From Candidatus Eiseniibacteriota bacterium (GTDB lineage: Bacteria; Eisenbacteria; RBG-16-71-46), in assembly GCA_963707915.1 (NCBI GenBank), contig OY970178.1:3296001-3360000 (forward strand): DNA of 64,000 bases, written 5' to 3'. The notes under the pieces are model-generated. The model was not told where the DNA came from and made no database searches. It worked only from the letters and a program-made list of their open reading frames with translations. Of this stretch, positions 22,482 through 31,495 are shown one piece after another (position 1 is the first letter of the stretch; each line of letters starts with the position of its first letter). A program made the position numbers and the translations under genes.

Positions 22482-22580
22482 CCGGCCGGGGACGTCGATC
22501 GAGGCGGGGCGGCGCTGCCCCGCGATCCTGCGGGGGCCGGTCCGGGAGGACGGCCCCCGCGGGCGTTCGCGCCCCCGCGG

Positions 22581-23256
<676 letters not shown>

Positions 23257-23490
23257 CCCAAGAGCTCCGGGCAAGGGCTGAGGAGTTGGCCGTGACCGTT
23301 GTGGAGCTCTCGCCGGCGACGATCCGCGAGCGCGTGGTTGGGAACCCGAGGGCGACGAAGATCGACGTAGCCGAAGCGCTCACCGGCGATCGATTCCCCC
23401 AGCCTCGAGCACTGCTTCCTCAGCGCCCGACTAGTCCCGCGCTGGGGCTACGGCCGCGGGACAAGAACTGGCTGCACATGTTTTGCTGGC
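23257..23490 (+). pseudogene. 3' remnant of a RuvC-like gene homologous to 61516-62025
   Basis: QELRARAEEL...VVGNPRATKIDVAEAL...LGLRP..K.WLHMF matches the product of 61690..62025. Confidence 0.85.
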
Positions 23491-24003
23491 TCTGGGAACG
23501 GCGGTCCTGGATCAGGCTCAGCCTCGGGGGCCCGGGTCGAGAAGGCGACTGCAGATCCAGTAATTGGAGGGTAGTCTCAGCGACGAGCGTGCCCGGTTGG
23601 AAGGCCGCGCTGCGCGAATTTCAACCGACTCGATTCCTGCTTGACTAGACGCTTCCGGCAATGGCGGGAACGGCCGTGAATTCTTGAGCCCAGCACGCGC
23701 CCACGTCGCCCTTCTCCGGGACGGCGAAAGAAGGCCCCATGAACGCCAAGTCCTTGGTTCTTACGATGTCGCCGGTCGCCGTTGCCGCACCCCCGGTTGT
23801 GGCCGCGAGCGCCACCGCCACCGAGATATTGACCACAGCCACCTTCCCGTTTGGAGTACCTACGGACGGCCTCGTCGGCCCTGGTGCCGGGCACCGTGAA
23901 GGCCTGCCATTTGTAGCGGGGGCCGCGTCTCGGCAATTTGCCGTGCCAGCTGTGGTCTATCGATGATGCACCGCACCGACTCCCTTTGCGCACGGAGAGG
24001 AAT

Positions 24004-25980
24004 ATGACCTCACGTGGACTTGAGTTCATGCGATATGCAGCGGCGCTTGCTATGACTATTGCTTCCATCTATTCCATCGCGATCAATACAGATGCGGTCT
24101 TCGCCTGGGACGCCGCGGGTACCCCGATTTGCACCGCCACGGGAGATCAGTACAACATTGCCCTGGTATCTGACGGATCAGACGGCCTGTACTTCGCTTG
24201 GGGTGACAACAGGACCGGGCAACAGCACCTCTACGCCCAACGCCGACGAGGGGACGGATCGATCGCCCCGGGCTGGCCGGTTGACGGGCTTGCCGTGACG
24301 AGTACGGCCCGAACATTGGGTCTGCCGTATGTTGCGCTGGGAGACTCGGGCCGCCTCTTCGTCGCCTGGTCCGATCCTCGGAACGGCGATTTTGACGTGT
24401 TCCTGCAGTGCATCTGCGGATCTGGAGAAACGGCACCGGGTTGGCCGCCCGAAGGCCAGCCAATCTGCACGGCGAGCGGGAACCAGTACGTGTCGTCGCT
24501 TCTCTCGACAGCGGGGGGTGTCTTCGTTGCCTGGACGAGCGGTCCCAGCGGAGCTCAGGCTGCCTTCATGCAGCGAATCGCCCCGAGTGGGGCTGTGTGG
24601 CCGGGTTGGCCGGTGGATGGCCTCCTGGTATGTGATGCGCCTGGGACCCGGTACGTGCCGCAACTTTGCGCGGATGGGGCCGACGGGGCGATCGTCGTGT
24701 GGACGGACTACCGGGCCGGGAACCCTGACATCTATGCCCAGCGCATCAGCTCCGCTGGAGCGGTGTCGCCGGGCTGGCCTGCTGACGGTCTGCCGGTATG
24801 CGCAGACAGCGCGAATCAGGCCGACCCCGCGATCTGGCCGGATGGTGCCGGCGGTGCCGTGGTCTCCTGGACAGACTGGCGCAACCTCGGCAGCGACATC
24901 TTCGCGCAGCGCATCGTCTCCGGTGCGGCCTTGTGGACGGATAATGGCGTACCCGTGTGCACGTATTCCGGGAATCAGGGCAAGTCCCAGGTGGCGATGT
25001 GCGGTAACGCGGATACGATCATGGTCGTATGGAATGATTTGCGTAGTGGCTGGTATGCGCCATACGCTCAGGAACTCCTGCTCGACGGCAGCGTCCTGGT
25101 CGGATGGCCCGAGAATGGGATTGGCATCAACTCGACCATCAACTACGGCGTCGCCGGAATATCCCTCGCGCCGGATGGGATTGGCGGAGCGTATGTCGCG
25201 TGGAGCTCGTGCTACGACAACGTTGGGAGCCAATATGATGTCCTGTGCCAGCGTCTCACTCCAAGCGGTCAGCCCGCCGCGGGCTGGCCGCCCGGCGGAC
25301 GGCTGGTCTCCGGAGAACAAGACAACCAGATCAACCCGAGACTCCTCCTCCTAGACGAGAACTTGGTAGCAGCCTGGGAGGACCACCGTGGTTCCGACTT
25401 GGACATCTACGCCGCTGCGGTCACTCCGTCCGGAGTGGTGCCGACGAGACTAGCTCTTGTGCGTGTCGTAGTTGATGCGACAGGTGTCCACCTACTGTGG
25501 CAAGGTAGCGCATACTCGGGCCGCACGCTGTACCTGTTCAGGGCGGTCAACAGCAACGCGCCGGTTCTGGCAGCCGAACTGGATGTGGCCGCGAATGGCC
25601 TGGTCGGCTTTGACGATAGCAACGCCGAAGAAGGTACCGTCATCCACTACTCGCTCTATGACACCAGGGAGCGAAGTGAGGACCCCCTCGACACTCTGAT
25701 TGTCGCCATACCAGGCGAAGCGCCGGTCTCGAAGCCGGCGCTTGCACCGAATCCCACCTCTGGCACCGTGCGGCTACGACTCCCAGCGCAGTCCGCCGGG
25801 CCGGTGTTCGCGGAGTACTTCGACCCGCGTGGACGGCATCTTGGCCGAGAGCGTGTCTACGCGGACCGCGGCGGGGGTGCAACGCTGCACGGATTGGACG
25901 GCCTCCCCAGCGGTAGCTACCTCGTCCGCGTTGTTCGCCCGGATACGAGCTACATCCAGAAGGTCATCGTGCTACGCTAA
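24004..25980 (+). CDS. Secreted repeat protein (GWPxDG repeats) with T9SS/FlgD-like CTD
   Basis: Signal peptide, repeated DGxxGA.V.W.D.R...DIYAQR, PNPT...SGSYLVR..KVIVLR. Confidence 0.8.
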   Translation: MTSRGLEFMRYAAALAMTIASIYSIAINTDAVFAWDAAGTPICTATGDQYNIALVSDGSDGLYFAWGDNRTGQQHLYAQRRRGDGSIAPGWPVDGLAVTSTARTLGLPYVALGDSGRLFVAWSDPRNGDFDVFLQCICGSGETAPGWPPEGQPICTASGNQYVSSLLSTAGGVFVAWTSGPSGAQAAFMQRIAPSGAVWPGWPVDGLLVCDAPGTRYVPQLCADGADGAIVVWTDYRAGNPDIYAQRISSAGAVSPGWPADGLPVCADSANQADPAIWPDGAGGAVVSWTDWRNLGSDIFAQRIVSGAALWTDNGVPVCTYSGNQGKSQVAMCGNADTIMVVWNDLRSGWYAPYAQELLLDGSVLVGWPENGIGINSTINYGVAGISLAPDGIGGAYVAWSSCYDNVGSQYDVLCQRLTPSGQPAAGWPPGGRLVSGEQDNQINPRLLLLDENLVAAWEDHRGSDLDIYAAAVTPSGVVPTRLALVRVVVDATGVHLLWQGSAYSGRTLYLFRAVNSNAPVLAAELDVAANGLVGFDDSNAEEGTVIHYSLYDTRERSEDPLDTLIVAIPGEAPVSKPALAPNPTSGTVRLRLPAQSAGPVFAEYFDPRGRHLGRERVYADRGGGATLHGLDGLPSGSYLVRVVRPDTSYIQKVIVLR

Positions 25981-26209
25981 TTCGCTGGGTGGTCCCGTCC
26001 AGGCAATGCGGCTCTTCACGCTCGGCGATGTCCCCATTGACTGACCTTCCCCCCGGACGGTGCCTCGTCCCCGTCGAAGTGACGCTGGGCGGGCGGTACG
26101 CTGTCGATGCAGTGCTTCCTTCCGATATCACGTGGGTGGGACCCCCTACTACACCATGGCGTATGTACCGGAATACCCGCATCCGGCCGGCGTATCGGCA
26201 GGGCGTGGC

Positions 26210-26408
26210 GCGGCCGTACGTGGCGCACGTGCTGGTCGGGCGGGACGGGCGGGTGCTCGACGTGCGGATCGACCAGGGCCACAGCGTCCCGATGCTGGAC
26301 GAGGCGGCGGTCCGCGCGGCGCGACAGTGGGTGTTCACGCCCGCGTTCGCCAACGGCAAGCCGGTCGCCGTGTGGGTGGCGGTGCCGTTCAATTTCAGCC
26401 TGCAGTAG
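26210..26408 (+). pseudogene. TonB C-terminal domain fragment
   Basis: HVLVGRDGRVLDV...LDEAAVRAARQWVFTPA..GKPVAVWV.VPFNF with no plausible N-terminus. Confidence 0.65.
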
Positions 26409-26489
26409 GACGGTCGCGCCCGCGGCCGCCGCGAAACCGGACGCCCGCGCCGGGTCCGGCGCGGGCGTCGGCGCGGTGCGGCGGGGGAC

Positions 26490-26939
26490 TCAGGCGGCCT
26501 TGGATGCCTCGAGGGCCGCGAGCGCGTCCGCGGCCGGGCCGACCTTGACCTCGCGTGCGGCGTGGGTCAGCACGTAGGCCCGCAGGTTGTTGCTCGACGG
26601 ATCGGCGGGGGTCATGAAGAAGCCGCTGCGGTCCGGCATGTAGGTGAGCGTGTAGCCGAAGACCAGTTCGCCGTCCTTGAAGCGGATCGCGATCTTCTTG
26701 CCACGGCTGATGTCGCTCGTCGCACAGGCGAACCCGCGCACCTCGTGCCGGCTTCGATCGCCGGCGAAGTCCTTGACGAAGAACACCGCCTTCAGGTCTT
26801 TGCAGTGGATGTCCCTGGCCTCGCTGGATCCGGCGGGCCGCAGGTGGAAGGTCGGCCGGTTGGGGAAGAAGTCCTCGGTCGTGCCCTTCAGCAGGTGACC
26901 GTCCAGGAACCTCACGACAACCTTGTTGGTTTCGCTCAC
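26490..26939 (-). CDS. Conserved hypothetical protein (DUF6982-like, duplicated domain)
   Basis: GGAGG RBS and GTG start; KVVVRFLDG..LKG / KIAIRFKDGE...G internal duplication, LKAVFFVKDF. Confidence 0.75.
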   Translation of the reverse strand: MSETNKVVVRFLDGHLLKGTTEDFFPNRPTFHLRPAGSSEARDIHCKDLKAVFFVKDFAGDRSRHEVRGFACATSDISRGKKIAIRFKDGELVFGYTLTYMPDRSGFFMTPADPSSNNLRAYVLTHAAREVKVGPAADALAALEASKAA

Positions 26940-27141
26940 GATGACGCCTCCGAGGAACGGGCTCGCACTCGGGTCCATGGGGTGATCGGGCGCACGGTGA
27001 CAGAACTCGGACCACCGGGGTTGTCGGCAGGTCGGGGGGCGGGCTTGAGCGGGACCGCCCCGGGGGGCCAAGCCCGCGCCCCGCGGCCGGAAGGGCCCGC
27101 GGGGCGCGGGGGCAATGCCAGGTTCGCCGCCTGGCGGAGCG

Positions 27142-28349
27142 CTAGAAGCCGAGATCCAGCCGTGCGGTGGCGAAGTCCTCGGCCGGATCGTCGGCCGCAT
27201 GCGTGTCGATCACCCGGCGCGAGTACTCCAGGTGCAAGCGCCAGGTTGTCGGCGAAGTAGTAGCGTCCGCCGCCGGTCAGGCGGGTGACGTCCTCGCCGA
27301 GCCAGGTGGGGACCTGGACCAGGTCGTAGCGGGCGAAGGCCACGCACTGGACCTGCGGCTGCCAGCTCAGCTCCGCGAAGAAGCCGTTCCAGCAGACGTC
27401 ATCCGGCCGGCCCCAGAGCGTCCGGTTGTCGTTGCCGTAGAGCCACTGTGCGGCGAGGTTCACCTGCGCCAGGTTGAGGCTCGCGTCCACGCCGACCCGG
27501 GTGAAGCTCTCGAGCGCGCCGGGGACGGCATCCGGGTCGGCACGCCCCGGCCGGGCCCTGCCGACGTAGCCGGTCACGCCGATCCGTTGGCCCGCCGACT
27601 GCCCCTCGCCCTCGCCGATCACCATCGACGCGCGCGCGTAGACGTCGGCCGGACCGTCGTCGGGCAGGTTGGTGGCGGAGCCGTTGACCAGGCCGGCGGC
27701 GTAGGCGAAGCCGCGACCGCTGCCGGTGAGCTCGACGCCCTCCCGGGTCTCCGAGAACGGCGAGCCGCCGGGGAAGGCGTACTCGTAGACCTCGTAGGGA
27801 GTGATGCCCAGGTGGCGCTTGACGCTGAAGGCCGCGTACGCGGGCTCGAAGCGCCCGGCCCGCAGGTTCAGCCACGGCGAGCCCAGGCCGCTGAAGACGA
27901 CGCTCGCCATCTCGATCGTCCCTTCCTGCTCCTCGACCCCGCGCGAGCCGGCGAGCTGCGGCGGGTAGACCAGCAGGTAGCTGACGTGCGGGCGCGAGGA
28001 CGCCGGCCGACAGGACGTCCAGGCCGTGCACGCGGAACCCGCTGGTGTTCGTGCCCACGGCGCCGTGCTCGAACTGCTGGTGCGTGTAGCCGTGGCTGGT
28101 CCGCAGGGCGAACGGGGGCGGGCTGTCGAGGACGGTCTTCTCCTCGTTCTCGCGGCCCGGCAGCCGGTAGCCGTTGGCGCGGAAGCGCTGGCCCCAGTCG
28201 TTCAGGCGCGGGAAGCCCGAGTGGCAGGTGGTGCAGTTGAGACCGTACTTGCGCGCGAACACCGGCACGGCGCCGGCCGGCGCCGGCCGCAGGGCGAGCA
28301 GCGTCGCGGTCGCGAGCACGGCCGCCAGAGCGATGCGGAGGGTCTTCAT
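27142..28349 (-). CDS. Cyc2-like fused monoheme cytochrome c - outer-membrane porin (frameshifted)
   Basis: Signal peptide followed by VPVFARKYGLNCTTCH..FPRLNDWG..F..NGY, a beta-barrel-like remainder and a C-terminal LDLGF. Confidence 0.75.
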
Positions 28350-29391
28350 CGCGGGCCTCCTCCCTGCGCGTGGTCGCCCTCGGGCAGCGCCGGGGGCGTC
28401 GATCTTCGGCTGGGTCCCGGTGAGCGCCTCGAGGAACGCGACCAGGTCCGCCTTCTCGCGCGTCGTCAGCCGGAGCGGCAGCATCAGCGGGTCGAGGTTC
28501 GGGTTCGCGGATCCCGCCGCGGTCGTAGTAGTCGACCACGTCCGCCAGGGTCTTCTCGGATCCGTCGTGCAGGTAGGGGGCGGTCAGCGCGATGTTGCGC
28601 AGGCCCGGCGTCTTGAAGCGGCCGCGGTCGCGCGGGTCCTTCGAGATCGCCTCGCGGCCGAGGTCGGGCTTGGGCTTGTCCATCCCGACCCCGATGTTGT
28701 GGTAGCCCTGGTCGGAGAAGGCGGGCCCGCTGTGGCAAGGCGTGCAGTGGCCCTTGCCGTTGAAGAGGTTCATGCCGCGGACCGCGGCGGGCGTCATGGC
28801 CGACTTCTCGCCCGCGAGCCAGCGGTCGTAGGGCGCGGGGCCGGTCACGACCGTGCGCTCGAAGGCGGCGATCGCCTTGGCGATGCCGTCGGTCGTGACG
28901 TCGGTGCCGAAGACCGTGTTGAACTGCGCCCGGTAGCCCGGGATGGCGTTGAGCTTGCGCACCACGTTCTCGAGCGTCTCGCCCATCTCGATCGGGTTGT
29001 GGATGGGCCCGAGCGCCTGCTCCTCGAGCGAGGCGGCGCGGCCGTCCCAGAACTGCACGCGCATGTAGGCGGCGTCGAGGATGGTGCCCGAGTTGCGCCC
29101 GCCGACCTGCCCGCGGATGCCGGTGTCGGTCGGGTGGTGGTTCGCCCACCCGGTCTTCGGGGCGTGGCAGGTCGCGCAGCTGATGGTGTTGTCCGCGGAG
29201 AGCCGCGTGTCGAAGTAGAGCTGCGCGCCGAGCCGGACCTTCGCGTCGGTCTGCGGGTTGTCCGCCGGCACCGGCACCGGCGGCAGCGGACCGTTCGCGA
29301 GGTTCTGACCCAGGGCGCCGGGGGACCACGGCATGACCAGCCCTGCGAGGGCCGTGGCCAGGAGGAGCGAGGTCCAGCGTGCTCTCATCAT
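28346..29391 (-). CDS. Diheme cytochrome c peroxidase / MauG family (frameshifted near the 3' end)
   Basis: LG.QLYFDTRLS, CATCH, QFWDGRA.SLEEQA, CTPCH and FKTPGLRNIALTAPYLHDG motifs. Confidence 0.9.
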
Positions 29392-29560
29392 GCGGCTCCT
29401 TTCGGTGGAAGGGGTGACCGTCACCGGGACCGCGCGAGAGTGCCGCCGCGCCCGCCCGGCGTCAATCGGCTTCTGAGGTAGTCCCTGGTGGCCCAAAAGG
29501 CGGCGACCACCCCCCGAGGGGAGTGGTCGCCGTTGACCGGGGCCTGTCGGTCGCTGCGAA

Positions 29561-30283
29561 CTAGCGGTAAATGGACTTGAGCGAACCCCAGGTGGTGGTC
29601 TTGCTCGGGGTGGCGCAGTCCGACGTCAGCGTGAGCGAGATGGACGTGAAGTCCCACCACGCGCCCAGCGTCCGGGTCGGGGTGCAGCTGGTGCTGAGCA
29701 GGGCCGGGTAGTTGGCCGGCATGACGTTGCCGAGGTCCGTGGTGCCCACGCGGGTGCCGTTGCCGATCGAGAAGCCCATGCAGAGCGTCGGGTAGTTGTT
29801 GAAGTGCGCCGCCGCCTGGACGTTCGTGATCGCCGCGTAGGGAACGAAGTTGGAATACATCACGGTCTCGTACTCGACGTAGCTGTCGAAGACGCCCGGG
29901 TAATCGGCATCGCCGTTCGCCCACGGGCCGGTTCCGCTCAGCCAGAAGATGCCGCCGCTATAGACCTTCATGAAGGTGCGCTGGCCGTTGCCCTGCGGGG
30001 TGACGTAGCCGCCGATCTGGATCCCCGGCGTCAACTCGGTGCCACAGGTGTACCGCCAGACGCCGCCCAGCACGCTGCCGTCCCAGGACCCGCAGTTCTG
30101 CGTGGTGTTGATCCCCATCGCGTTGCCGCCCGCGTCCCAGCCCTCGGTGTAGCGTCCGGCCGGGATCGTGCCGCCGATGTCCGTGCTCTGGTAATTGCCG
30201 GACAGGGGCGCGGCGGCCAGGGAGACCGTCGCCGAGAAAGCCATCGCCGCCAGGACCAACAGAATCGTAACCGTTCTCTTCAT
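29561..30283 (-). CDS. Secreted protein with C-terminal TTWGSLKSIYR motif
   Basis: AAGGAGG RBS, signal peptide MKRTVTILLVLAAM, terminal TWGxLKxxYR. Confidence 0.85.
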   Translation of the reverse strand: MKRTVTILLVLAAMAFSATVSLAAAPLSGNYQSTDIGGTIPAGRYTEGWDAGGNAMGINTTQNCGSWDGSVLGGVWRYTCGTELTPGIQIGGYVTPQGNGQRTFMKVYSGGIFWLSGTGPWANGDADYPGVFDSYVEYETVMYSNFVPYAAITNVQAAAHFNNYPTLCMGFSIGNGTRVGTTDLGNVMPANYPALLSTSCTPTRTLGAWWDFTSISLTLTSDCATPSKTTTWGSLKSIYR

Positions 30284-30489
30284 CTGCAACCTCCTTCGAA
30301 GGGGGAGCTGCTGCGTGGCCCGAGGAGTCTGTGGGTGCGGTCGACGTCGCGACCGCGACCAGGTGCTGCCCCGATTCATTTCCTCCCAGGCGACATCGTG
30401 AGATGCGCGGCCCATCGCGTGGATCCAGCCAGAATCCGAGCGTCTACCCTGACTCGCAGGGATTATGGAATCGACCCGGCAAGGCCGCC

Positions 30490-30528
30490 ATGCCGCAGAT
30501 CAAGTCCGGACTTGACCGCGGTCAAGTC
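30490..30528. promoter_or_regulatory. Crp/Fnr-type operator (TTGAC-N4-GTCAA) plus an adjacent degenerate site
   Basis: Perfect palindrome GACTTGACCGCGGTCAAGTC at 30509-30528 and ATGCC-GCAG-ATCAA at 30490-30503. Confidence 0.65.
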
Positions 30529-31244
30529 GTCGGGGGCGTGACTTCCCCGGCGGCCTTGAGGAGCAGGGCGCGGTCCCGGATGCCGATGCGGTCGCGGGCG
30601 AGGGTGACGATGCCGCGCTGGGCGAAATCGCGCAGCACCCGCGAGAGCGTTTCGGGCGTGGTGCCGATCATCCGCGCCATGTCCAGCCGGCGCAGGTGCT
30701 GCGACAACAGGACCGCGGGCTCGGCCGCGCGGCGGCCGTCCTCGAGCAGGATGAGCAGCAGGCGCGCCGCACGCTGGCGGACCGGGCGATGGAGGAGGTC
30801 CATCATCAGGTCCTCCGAGAGCCGCAGCTCGCGGGCCAGCTTCGCCAGCAGCTCGAGCGCCGCCGCGGGCTCGTCGCGCAGCAACTCGCGCACGGTCGCG
30901 GCGGGGATGATGCAGATCGTGGAGTCCTCGACGGCCTCGGCGCTGGCGACGTACGGCTCGTTCGCCAGTAGCGGGCGGTAGCCAATGAGCTCGCCCGGAC
31001 CCAGCAGGCGGAGGACCTGCTCCTGGCCGCCTCGCCCGGTGCGGAAGACCTTGACCCGGCCGGAGCGGACGACGTAGAGGGCGTGGGCCGGCGCGCCGGC
31101 GAAGAAGACCACCTGCCCGCGCCGGAAGAGGTGGGTGGCCTTGTCCCGCTCGACGCGGTCCTGGGTCCGGGGGCTCAAGCCGCAGATCAGGCCGGCAGAA
31201 CGCGTCTTGCAGACGGCGCAACGATCGGGGGAGGGCTTCACCAT
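30522..31244 (-). CDS. Crp/Fnr family transcriptional regulator with N-terminal Cys cluster
   Basis: CAVC...C, SGRVK, GELIG, HTH DMARMIGTTPETLSR. Confidence 0.92.
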   Translation of the reverse strand: MVKPSPDRCAVCKTRSAGLICGLSPRTQDRVERDKATHLFRRGQVVFFAGAPAHALYVVRSGRVKVFRTGRGGQEQVLRLLGPGELIGYRPLLANEPYVASAEAVEDSTICIIPAATVRELLRDEPAAALELLAKLARELRLSEDLMMDLLHRPVRQRAARLLLILLEDGRRAAEPAVLLSQHLRRLDMARMIGTTPETLSRVLRDFAQRGIVTLARDRIGIRDRALLLKAAGEVTPPTT

Positions 31245-31495
31245 CGCGGCGCAATGGTCCCAGATGCCGGCGCCGGGGCGCAAGGCGCGGCGCGGGGCGG
31301 CCCGGCGTGGGGGGCGCCCCGCCCGGTGGGCCGCGTGCCGGGCCCCGGTTCGCGCCAGCGGACCATTCGTCGCCGCTCCGGCCCCATTCGTCCCCCCGCG
31401 GGGACCATTGGTCGGTTCGCGATGGCAGTGCGTGCCCCGGGTGAGTCAGCGTGACGGGGTCCCGAGCAGGCCTCCCTCTCTCCGGAAGGACCGTC

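Noticed and set aside
23500..23990. Short ORFs between the RuvC remnant and the secreted protein
   Set aside because: No recognisable motifs or RBS; probably decayed sequence.
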